From Muribaculaceae bacterium (GTDB lineage: Bacteria > Bacteroidota > Bacteroidia > Bacteroidales > Muribaculaceae): a stretch of DNA of 64,000 nt. This document shows, in pieces, positions 10,424-18,446 of the stretch. The position numbers were made by a program, and so were the translations under genes. How positions within the stretch are numbered: the stretch's first letter is position 1; every line of letters starts with the position of its first letter. The stretch is taken from NCBI GenBank assembly GCA_009775375.1, contig VSPO01000002.1, forward strand, positions 3,593-67,592, written 5' to 3'. The notes under the pieces were generated by a model, which searched no databases, was not told the origin of the DNA, and saw only the letters and a list, made by a program, of their open reading frames with translations.

Positions 10424-11818
10424 TTAAACATCTTCATCTTCATTCCGCTCATTCTTCTGATACTTTCGAATCAACTTATGGAACGGCTGTTTGGGGAATT
10501 TCATCATTTTGTGGCCATAGGCCCAGGGGTTGATGCCGGAATTGACCAAGAATCCCGGCATGGAGTTGAGCATGAAAGCCGAAGCCGTGAGATTGTTGTA
10601 GAGCGAGGGATTGCCGAACAGGGCTGCCATGCTGTCGCACATGCGTTTCTTCTCCTTGTTGGCCACTCCGAGACTTTCAAGCTGCTGGCGCCATATGTAG
10701 ACCTGCTCCCCGAGATTGATTTTCACGGGGCAAGTGGACTGGCAGCTCAGGCAAAGCGTGCAAGCGCTGACATTGCCGGAATATTTGCGTGGGTCGCGGA
10801 GCATGCCGAGATTTATGCCGAGCGGGCCAGGGATGAAATAGCTGTAGGAATATCCTCCCGACCAGCGATAGACCGGGCACGTGTTCATGCAGGAGCCACA
10901 CCGGATGCATTTCAGCGTCTCCCAGTGCTCAGGGTCGGCAAGCCATTTGCTTCTTCCGTTGTCGACGATTACGATGTGCATTTGGTCGGCGCCCGGACGG
11001 GCTTTGCGGAAATGGCTGGTGTAGACCGTAGAGGGTTGTCCCGTGGCTGACCGGGCAAGCAGCCTGACGAAGACAGAGAGAGCCTCGTAGTCGGGCACGA
11101 TCTTCTCCAGTCCAATAGCTGAGATTTGAAGGCGCGGGATGGAAGTCGACATGTCGGCGTTTCCTTCGTTGGTGCAGACCACGATGTCGCCTGTCTCCGC
11201 CACTCCGAAATTGGCCCCGGTCATTCCGGCGTCGGCCGTCAGGAACTCATCGCGTAGGCTAAGGCGGGCTTCATACGTAAGATACGTGGGGTCGTGGTTG
11301 CCTTTTTCCGTGTTGATCTCACGCTCGAAAATCTCGCCCACGTCGTCGTGGCTGAGATGGGTGGCCGGCATGACGATATGGCTCGGCTTCTGGTCGTCGA
11401 GCTGGAGGATGCGTTCGCCAAGATCGGTCTCCACCACCGTTATTCCGTTGGCTTCGAGGTAGGGATTAAGCTCGCATTCCTCCGTCAGCATCGACTTTGA
11501 CTTCACGAGCTTTTTGGCGTCGTGGTCGCGCAGGATGCCGAGCACGATTTTGTTAAACTCGTCGGCGTCTTTTGCCCAATGTACGATCGTGCCGTTTTTC
11601 TCAGCCGCGTCGGCAAAACGCCTGAGGTAGGTGTCGATGTTCGTCAGGGTGTGACGTTTGATCTGGGAGGCTTTTTCGCGTAGCCTTTCCCATTCCTCCA
11701 GGCTGTGGACCATGGCGTCGCGTTTTGTTCTTACTCCCCAGAAGGTTTTGTCGTGCCAGTCGGCATAATTCTGGTCTTCAAGGAATCTCATTGCCGCTTT
11801 GCTGTGTGATGTGCTCAT
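10424..11818 (-). CDS. lutB: Lactate utilization protein B (LUD + 4Fe-4S)
   Basis: KSKSM, ETDLGE, TNEGN, CIRCGSCMNTCP and CTLCLSCQSTCP. Confidence 0.9.
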   Translation of the reverse strand: MSTSHSKAAMRFLEDQNYADWHDKTFWGVRTKRDAMVHSLEEWERLREKASQIKRHTLTNIDTYLRRFADAAEKNGTIVHWAKDADEFNKIVLGILRDHDAKKLVKSKSMLTEECELNPYLEANGITVVETDLGERILQLDDQKPSHIVMPATHLSHDDVGEIFEREINTEKGNHDPTYLTYEARLSLRDEFLTADAGMTGANFGVAETGDIVVCTNEGNADMSTSIPRLQISAIGLEKIVPDYEALSVFVRLLARSATGQPSTVYTSHFRKARPGADQMHIVIVDNGRSKWLADPEHWETLKCIRCGSCMNTCPVYRWSGGYSYSYFIPGPLGINLGMLRDPRKYSGNVSACTLCLSCQSTCPVKINLGEQVYIWRQQLESLGVANKEKKRMCDSMAALFGNPSLYNNLTASAFMLNSMPGFLVNSGINPWAYGHKMMKFPKQPFHKLIRKYQKNERNEDEDV

Positions 11819-12561
11819 AATCCGGATGCTAAAATTTCAACGACGTGTCTGAACTCAATTCCGCCATCTATGTTTTCCTTGGCGGCGACCCCTGCCATGT
11901 GCATCAGGCAGGAGCAATCGGCCCCGGTGATATATCGTGCTCCCGTGGCCTTGTGGCGCAGGAATTTTCTTTCTCCCATCTGCTTGCTGACGGCCAGCTC
12001 TTCGATGCTGAACATTCCGCCGAATCCACAGCATTCGTCGTCGCGCTCCGGCTCGACGATCTCTATGCCCTCCACCAGAGAAAGAAGGTCTTTGATTTTA
12101 TTGAATTTTGGCTCGACGATTTCGGAGGGGGAGGAAAGCCCGAGCTCACGGACACCGTGGCAGGAATTGTGAAGGCTCACTTTATGGGGGAAGCAGCCGA
12201 GAGGCTTGTCGACCTTGACCACGTCGTGGAGAAACTCCACCATGTCCATAGTGTTGGCGGCGATATTGCAGGCGTGTCCCTCCTCTTTTAATAATGAGGG
12301 ATAGTGGAGGCGGATGAATGCCGTGCAAGACACGGATGGGGCCACCACGTAATCGTAGCCCTCAAACATATCCTTATAATTACGGGCAAGCTTGGCGCCC
12401 TTTTTCTCGAATCCGGCGTTGGCCATAGGCTGGCCGCAGCAAGTCTGACCTTGGGGGTATTCCACGTCGATGCCGAGATGGCGGAGGAGTTTGTAGCAGG
12501 CCATCCCGACGTTTGGATAAACGACGTCGACGTAACAGGGTATGAACAATCCTACTTTCAT
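11815..12561 (-). CDS. lutA: Lactate utilization protein A (CCG-domain Fe-S protein)
   Basis: QTCCGQP, HNSCH and ECCGFGG motifs; 4-bp overlap with lutB. Confidence 0.9.
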   Translation of the reverse strand: MKVGLFIPCYVDVVYPNVGMACYKLLRHLGIDVEYPQGQTCCGQPMANAGFEKKGAKLARNYKDMFEGYDYVVAPSVSCTAFIRLHYPSLLKEEGHACNIAANTMDMVEFLHDVVKVDKPLGCFPHKVSLHNSCHGVRELGLSSPSEIVEPKFNKIKDLLSLVEGIEIVEPERDDECCGFGGMFSIEELAVSKQMGERKFLRHKATGARYITGADCSCLMHMAGVAAKENIDGGIEFRHVVEILASGL

Positions 12562-12744
12562 TGTGTTGCTGAGTTTTCGTGCTTTTAGTGGAAAATGCTA
12601 TTTGTTTTATGATGCCGGTTGCAGAAGGCCTTAACAGTTGACAAATCCGATGAGAGGTCTCTATGTCTGTCGCAATATGGTAAGAATGCCCCGAACCGCT
12701 TATGTGATAAACAAATGAGAAGGGAAATAGTTTCGCAAAGGCAT

Positions 12745-12781
12745 AAAAAAAGAGGAAACACCTTTGCGGCGTCTCCTCTTT
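12745..12781 (-). terminator. Intrinsic terminator after mdh
   Basis: Minus-strand hairpin aaagagga...tcctcttt followed by a U-run, 17 nt after the stop. Confidence 0.7.
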
Positions 12782-12797
12782 ATATAGGAGGATGGGA

Positions 12798-13796
12798 TTA
12801 GAGGTTGGGGTTGAGCTTGCTCCAGTCGGCCACGGGAGGAAGGATTCCCAATTCGATAACCTCGTCGCGGAGCTCGCAGAGGTGCTTGTAGCTCTGTTCG
12901 AGTTCAGCCTCTTCGGCGGGAGTGCCTTTGACGGGTTTCACCTCAATGCCGTTCTTGTCGACGGTGGTCTCCATAGCCATCAGGATGTTGTGGAACTTGT
13001 CGTTGTTTACGTAAGTTCCTACAGGCCAACGGAAGGGCTTGCCACCCATAGCAGCGGCGATTGTCTCGATGGAGAGGTAAGAGGGGCTTTGGAAAGAAGA
13101 GCGTCCACGAAGGTCGATGATGTGCTTTCCGCCCTGGATAACGTTCTGCTTGATGGTAGCCCAGTCGGCTTCGGGAAGAGCCTCGGTGCCGATGAGGGAG
13201 TCGAGGGGTTTGCCGTCGACGAGAGTCGTGGATGCGAAAACGGCCATCTGCTCGCCGTGTCCGCCGTATGTGCGGCAATTCTCGATCTTGGCGGCGGGGA
13301 GCTTGAACCACTTCACGAGTTGATCCTGGAGACGAGTGCTGTCGAGGGCAGCGAGAGTGGCAACCTGCGAGGGTTTGAGGCCGGAGTAGATGAGAGTGAT
13401 GAGGCCGGTGATGTCGGCGGGGTTGAAGATAACCACCACGAATTTAGCGTCGGGGCAATATTCCTTCACGTTCTTACCGAATTCCTCGGCGATAGCTGCG
13501 TTGCCTTTGAGAAGGTCTTCGCGTGTCATGCCGGCTTTGCGGGCAGCGCCACCGGAGGAAACGATATATTTAGCACCAGTGAAAGCCTCCTTGACGTCGG
13601 AAGTGTAGGTGAGGTTTACGCCTTCGAAAGCGCATTGATAGAGTTCCTCAGCCACGCCTTCGAGAGCGGGGGCATAGGGGTCGTAAAGACAAATGTTGGG
13701 GGTGAGGCGCATCATTAGCGCGGTCTGGGCCATGTTGGAGCCGATCATTCCTGCGGCGCCTACGATGAGAAGTTTGTCGTTGGTTAAGAAGTCCAT
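12798..13796 (-). CDS. mdh: Malate dehydrogenase
   Basis: GAAGMIG Rossmann motif. GAARKAGMTREDL carries the MDH-type Arg. NPAD, LDSTR and GGHGE are present. Confidence 0.88.
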   Translation of the reverse strand: MDFLTNDKLLIVGAAGMIGSNMAQTALMMRLTPNICLYDPYAPALEGVAEELYQCAFEGVNLTYTSDVKEAFTGAKYIVSSGGAARKAGMTREDLLKGNAAIAEEFGKNVKEYCPDAKFVVVIFNPADITGLITLIYSGLKPSQVATLAALDSTRLQDQLVKWFKLPAAKIENCRTYGGHGEQMAVFASTTLVDGKPLDSLIGTEALPEADWATIKQNVIQGGKHIIDLRGRSSFQSPSYLSIETIAAAMGGKPFRWPVGTYVNNDKFHNILMAMETTVDKNGIEVKPVKGTPAEEAELEQSYKHLCELRDEVIELGILPPVADWSKLNPNL

Positions 13797-13957
13797 AATA
13801 ACTAAATATTGGGTTCTGGTTTTTGATACTGCAAAAATAACACTTTTACTTCAATAAAAAGTCTTTTGTTTAGGATTTTTTTGACGAACGGGCTTAAAAT
13901 TTGCTTTTTTTAATTGGCCGACACAGCACCTCCCGGAGAGAGGAGGATTCAGAATTG

Positions 13958-15241
13958 TCAAAGATTGTTGACCACTCCGGCGAGAAGGATTGTGCCGGTC
14001 TTTGTGTTTTCGATGAAATAGAGGAATGGGCGGTCGAAAGCAAGGGCCACTTCTTTCATCTCCTCCTGGTTGCTGTTGCCCGAAGAGGTCACGATTATCT
14101 CGGCGTCGGTGATGGCTGCTGCCTCCGCACCCTTTTCGTCGATGCCTGCGCTGGTCTTTTGCCTTACGATGGCAGTTCCGTTGACGATGCGTCCCGACTG
14201 GTCTTTGACTCCCATCTTATCGAGGTTGAATGTGACCGGCAGACCGAGTTCATGAAGAATGTTGGAGATGTCGGCCGACGATTCGACTTTGAATTTCGGA
14301 AGCGACAGATCCACTTTCGCTTTCTCTGCCTCGGCGAGTGCCTTGTCCCAGTCGGCAAGGGTCATGGTCCGGGCAAGATCTGAAGCGGATTTATTTTCTG
14401 CAGGCATGACGAGCACTATCCGGGTATTGCCGCAGAAGGGGACTGCTACGCTCTCGAAGTCTGCGTTTCTGGAATAAGCCAAGGGTAGATTGGAGTGCAT
14501 CATTTTCACTTTTGTAGTGCCTTCGGTTCCGTCAAAACTTTGCGAGTCGGTAAGGGCGGGGTCGAAGTCGATCATCCATTTTCCCTGGAAGTAAAGGGCG
14601 TTGATCAGATGCACCACGCCGTCGGAATGCAGCTGGTCAATGATTTCGGGAATACGACCGTTTGTGTTTTGGGAGCACCATGAGTTTACGAGCGACACGT
14701 TCTTCTTCTCGAATTCAATACCTTTCACGTAAGTGCCAAACGTAGTCGAGAGATTTTCCACCCATTTGTCGGCAGGGGAATAGATGTTGTTATACCAGGC
14801 GGAGTTGGCAAGGGTCAGGATGGCTCCGTTGGCGGTAGAGGGCAGGAATCTCATCAGTTTGTTGCAGGTTGTGTTGAGATTTGCGAGGTCTTTTTCGCCA
14901 AGCAATTCGGCGATGGCGTTTTCCAGTGTCTTGTCGCCGGAATTGGCCAGCGTCGAGAGGCATATAGAGGCGCTTAGAGGAGATACGGATATGTTGCCGT
15001 CGTTGTTTTCGAATGCGTCAGTCGAACTGGCGGCTTTGTTAAGGAAGTTAAACGAGAATTGGTTGAGCGAATGGTTGGTTGTCTCTTCCGCTGGAGTGAG
15101 GCTGATGGTTTTTGTAAGCTCAAGTTTTGTGGTTGGATCCACGGAAGGTTGGTTGTTGTCAACGGCAGGAGAATCGCCGTCGCTGCTGCAAGCCGATAGC
15201 GACAAGGCCATGAGCGCAAAAAGCAAGGATTTTGTTTTCAT
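13958..15241 (-). CDS. Serpin family lipoprotein
   Basis: Lipobox LSAC. Serpin motifs SPLS, INALYFQGKW, LPKF, hinge EKGAEAAA and FDRPFLYFI. Confidence 0.92.
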   Translation of the reverse strand: MKTKSLLFALMALSLSACSSDGDSPAVDNNQPSVDPTTKLELTKTISLTPAEETTNHSLNQFSFNFLNKAASSTDAFENNDGNISVSPLSASICLSTLANSGDKTLENAIAELLGEKDLANLNTTCNKLMRFLPSTANGAILTLANSAWYNNIYSPADKWVENLSTTFGTYVKGIEFEKKNVSLVNSWCSQNTNGRIPEIIDQLHSDGVVHLINALYFQGKWMIDFDPALTDSQSFDGTEGTTKVKMMHSNLPLAYSRNADFESVAVPFCGNTRIVLVMPAENKSASDLARTMTLADWDKALAEAEKAKVDLSLPKFKVESSADISNILHELGLPVTFNLDKMGVKDQSGRIVNGTAIVRQKTSAGIDEKGAEAAAITDAEIIVTSSGNSNQEEMKEVALAFDRPFLYFIENTKTGTILLAGVVNNL

Positions 15242-15312
15242 AATGAGATTCTTAAATTTTTATAAGTTTAACGTTGTTTATAGCATTAATATTTTGTCAT
15301 TATGTTTAATCT

Positions 15313-16277
15313 ATTGAAGTTGTTCAAACTTATTTCGAGATGTTAATAATACAGTAAAATAATAAAAATACAGCGCATTCCGCAAAGGACGCACTATATT
15401 ATAGTTACCACACTCTAATATACCGTACCAATGCCAGAATACACTGTACTCGACAAAGATACAATAAAAACTGAAATAATGCCCTATCTTTCGATTGCAA
15501 AAAGAGGATATACCTCCAAATATGATCTTATAGAGGTAGTAAACGCCATACTCTATAAGCTCAAGAGCGGCTGCCAGTGGCGTCTGCTCCCGATCGGGCA
15601 TCTTTTCAGCGGAGAGGGACCAAGTTGGAACGCAGTCTTCCATCATTACCGCAAATGGTGTAAAAAAGAGGAATGGCAGAAGATATATTCCAGAATCCTG
15701 AACCGGGATAAAAGTAAGCTCGATCTTTCCATTTCCCATATCGACGGTTCCCATACGCCGGTATATAGAGGCGGAAAAAAGTCTGAATATCAAGGTAGAA
15801 AGAAACGATGCACTACCAACGCACTCTTTTTTTCGGACAATCAGGGAATTCCACTTGCTATGTCCGAGCCTCAGTCCGGGAATCACGCTGACCTCTATGA
15901 GATAGAAGAAAGAATCGATGAGATTGTCTGTCAGTTGCTCGATGCGGAGATTGCCGTGGATGGTCTTTTCTGTGACCTTGATGCAGGATTTGACGGTAAA
16001 GAACTCAGAAACGCGCTCATATCCCATGGAATCATTCCTAACGTATGTCCCAATCCAAGAAACGGAGGGGAATCGAAAGAGGATTGGCTGTACGATGAGG
16101 AGATGTATAAGGAAAGATGGAAAATCGAACGGACAAACGCTTGGATGGATGGTTTCAAAGCCGTACTCAACCGCTTCGATACCACCGTCTCCAGTTGGAA
16201 AGGTTGGAACTTCCTCGCTTTTATTGTTATTTTCCTTAAAAAATTTCACAAATCAAATTAGTTTAAACAACTTCAAT
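15313..16277 (+). mobile_element. IS5-family insertion sequence (about 965 bp)
   Basis: Terminal inverted repeats attgaagttgttcaaact (15313-15330) and agtttaaacaacttcaat (16260-16277), 17/18 identical, flank a single transposase ORF. Exact ends are uncertain by about 3 bp. Confidence 0.85.
15431..16261 (+). CDS. IS5-family DDE transposase
   Basis: N-terminal NAILYKLKSGCQWRLLP; DDE-type IDGS, DAGFD and RWKIERTNAW. The stop codon lies in the right TIR. Confidence 0.9.
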   Translation: MPEYTVLDKDTIKTEIMPYLSIAKRGYTSKYDLIEVVNAILYKLKSGCQWRLLPIGHLFSGEGPSWNAVFHHYRKWCKKEEWQKIYSRILNRDKSKLDLSISHIDGSHTPVYRGGKKSEYQGRKKRCTTNALFFSDNQGIPLAMSEPQSGNHADLYEIEERIDEIVCQLLDAEIAVDGLFCDLDAGFDGKELRNALISHGIIPNVCPNPRNGGESKEDWLYDEEMYKERWKIERTNAWMDGFKAVLNRFDTTVSSWKGWNFLAFIVIFLKKFHKSN

Positions 16278-16607
16278 GATTCCTTTATAGTAATTGGCTT
16301 TTAGCCGATACGGATTTTTGTCGTCATTCTCGAAATGGTTCGCTGCCAAAGAGATTAGCGAGTTGTCGACATCGTCGAATCCGGATTTGTAGCGAGCCTC
16401 CGTTGTGAGTATGGTATGGATGGCTCTTTCCCTGTCCGACTTCAGGGATGATTCCGGTATTGAGTCGAGAATCGCCAATGCCGAATCAGGGTGTTCCCAC
16501 GTAAGGGATTCAGCAAGGAGAAGACTTTTGCCGGCGGAGTTCCCACATCCGGCAAAATATAATGAAGCCAACCAAAGGAAGCAACAGGAGTATATGAAAT
16601 TTCTCAT
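16263..16607 (-). pseudogene. 5' fragment of a TPR-type lipoprotein/regulator truncated by the IS
   Basis: Signal peptide with Cys and AESL...HPDSALAILDSI...ANYYKG, typical of the N-termini of long Bacteroidales TPR proteins. The last codons and the stop come from the IS TIR. Confidence 0.7.
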
Positions 16608-16651
16608 GATTTCGATAATGCCTTACCAGCAATTGAAGACGGCGATCGCGG

Positions 16652-17935
16652 TTAAAAATCTTTCAGGAATTCCTCGGTGCTCTTTTTCAGTCCATACGGG
16701 CCGTAATCCCCGAGAGCGATGTGGGCCAACTGGCGGTCTGGGTTCGTCACGTGGTCGATTGGTTCGAGCTTGCCGTCGAAATATTCAGTCGGAAGCATAG
16801 TCGCGATTGAATGTTCCCAGGAATCGTTGGGAAGGATATTGCGGTACATTATTGCTATATACTCTCCAAGCGGTTTGCCGTCGATGTTTTGCTTCTCGCT
16901 GTCCCAAATGAAAAGATTTGCCTTTTCCCCATCCCTCTTCATTTGCTCAACGCGGGTCTTAATCTCCTCCAGACGGGGATTGTTTTTTAGGCAGACGATG
17001 AATTCCGCTTTCTCTCCGTCTTTCCAATCGGCGTTGCGGTCGCAAAGGGAATAGTAGGAGCGAGTGTCGGAAGCAGCCCCGAGGCAAATCGACCAATATC
17101 TCGTCACGGCGTCGGCATATTGCTCAGCCTTGGCCGGAACCGGAGCAGGGATAAAGCTGAAAGACAAGACGCTGTCCGTGCGCAGGCGGGTGCGCGCATA
17201 GAGGTAAGCCGTAGAATTATTGGGGTAATACTTGCTGACGGGCGACAGGAAGAAGGGCACCTCCTTATTTTCGTCAGACTTCAAGACATAGACGTTGGAA
17301 GTGGCGTCGTAGACGTTGGAATGGACATGTTCGGGCACAGCCACACTTTTACCCGAGGCGATGTCTATAGCCGAGATGGCAGGCAATTCTACTCCGCCGT
17401 ATTCATGAGACGTCGTCCCGGAGGCGTCTGTTCCCAAGTATTGGCGCACGAATATGGCCACTTTGTTGACCCCTTTCTTCACTTCGCATACGTTTTGCGC
17501 ATTCAATGCGGCGAGCTTATTCTTGTCTGTGCCCTCCGCAACGACATATATCTTAAACCGCCCTGTGGAAGAGGTAGTCTCGCGGAAAGGATTTACCGAG
17601 CCATTTGCCGGCTCGATTTCCGAATCGTTGATGCCACCGATGGCGTCTCCGGTCTCGTCGTTGTAAAGGGAGATGCTGAAATATCGGGCATAAGGAAATT
17701 CGCCTTCAAGGCATATGGCTTTTCCTTCGTTGCCCTCCATATTATATGTGAATTCCCAATAATTGCTATAGAGGTCGGGGTAAGCGCCGATATATTCACC
17801 GTTGCCTTTCATTGTTTCGCCCCACTGTCCGTTGGGAAATTCAGGGGTGGGATTGTCGTTGTTGTCGCTGCACATTGCAAGGCCGATGGTCAGGAGCAGG
17901 CTCAATGCGGTAAGTTTGATTCTGTTTAGTTTCAT
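16652..17935 (-). CDS. Uncharacterised lipoprotein (427 aa)
   Basis: Start reassigned to MKLNRIK; signal peptide ending LAMC-SDNNDN. Long ORF with no function I can assign. Confidence 0.8.
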   Translation of the reverse strand: MKLNRIKLTALSLLLTIGLAMCSDNNDNPTPEFPNGQWGETMKGNGEYIGAYPDLYSNYWEFTYNMEGNEGKAICLEGEFPYARYFSISLYNDETGDAIGGINDSEIEPANGSVNPFRETTSSTGRFKIYVVAEGTDKNKLAALNAQNVCEVKKGVNKVAIFVRQYLGTDASGTTSHEYGGVELPAISAIDIASGKSVAVPEHVHSNVYDATSNVYVLKSDENKEVPFFLSPVSKYYPNNSTAYLYARTRLRTDSVLSFSFIPAPVPAKAEQYADAVTRYWSICLGAASDTRSYYSLCDRNADWKDGEKAEFIVCLKNNPRLEEIKTRVEQMKRDGEKANLFIWDSEKQNIDGKPLGEYIAIMYRNILPNDSWEHSIATMLPTEYFDGKLEPIDHVTNPDRQLAHIALGDYGPYGLKKSTEEFLKDF

Positions 17936-18003
17936 TGTGGTGTTTAGGATGTTTTTTAAAATAAACGTAAAAGCCGACTTTTTTATTTGATATGATCCTG
18001 ATC

Positions 18004-18053
18004 GGAGGGGAACCACGGCTTTCGGCCGTGGCACAGTAATGCCATCCGGCGGT
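18004..18053 (+). repeat. REP-like 50-bp dispersed repeat, copy 1
   Basis: 46/50 match to the reverse complement of 62478-62526; internal hairpin ccacggc/gccgtgg. Confidence 0.8.
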
Positions 18054-18209
18054 GGGTTTGCTTTTCGGCCAGCTTTGCTTTTGATTGCTGCGGGAAGCTG
18101 ATAATTTAACGGGGATTCAGGGAAGAGGATAAAAATTTGTATATTTATTGAATATGATTTGATATTTATTGGATTTATTGAAAAATATTTTAAACTTTTT
18201 GAATAAAAA

Positions 18210-18241
18210 TTTGGTTATGATGGAAAGAATACATAAATTTG
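18210..18241 (+). promoter_or_regulatory. trp operon promoter
   Basis: TTTG (18210-13), 20-bp spacer, TAAATTTG (18234-41). Confidence 0.75.
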
Positions 18242-18261
18242 CATTCAAAAATGAAGAAAAG

Positions 18262-18324
18262 ATGAATAATTGCATAAACATACAGTATTGGTGGCGCATC
18301 GGGTGTTATTTCCGATGGCGGTAG
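18262..18324 (+). CDS. trpL: Trp operon leader peptide MNNCINIQYWWRIGCYFRWR
   Basis: 20-codon ORF with tandem TGG TGG and a third Trp, between the promoter and the attenuator. Confidence 0.85.
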   Translation: MNNCINIQYWWRIGCYFRWR

Positions 18325-18384
18325 TCGTATGTCGTATGCGAGAGATTAATTTCAATACATACAGGTAATAAGAATCATCAATCG

Positions 18385-18422
18385 ATGCCATTGGAAACGT
18401 TCTTTCCCGTGGCATTTTTTTT
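18385..18422 (+). terminator. trp attenuator terminator
   Basis: atgcca-ttggaaa...tttcc-cg-tggcat followed by a U-run, just before trpB. Confidence 0.85.
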
Positions 18423-18446
18423 GTAGGAACAAGAAATTATAAGACA

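Noticed and set aside
12798..13796. Possible lactate dehydrogenase, given the adjacent lut operon
   Set aside because: The specificity loop has Arg (GAARKAG), which is MDH-type, and a terminator separates it from lutA.
18054..18130. Possible cobalamin riboswitch (gggaag motif)
   Set aside because: The other conserved elements are absent and the orientation and gene context do not fit.
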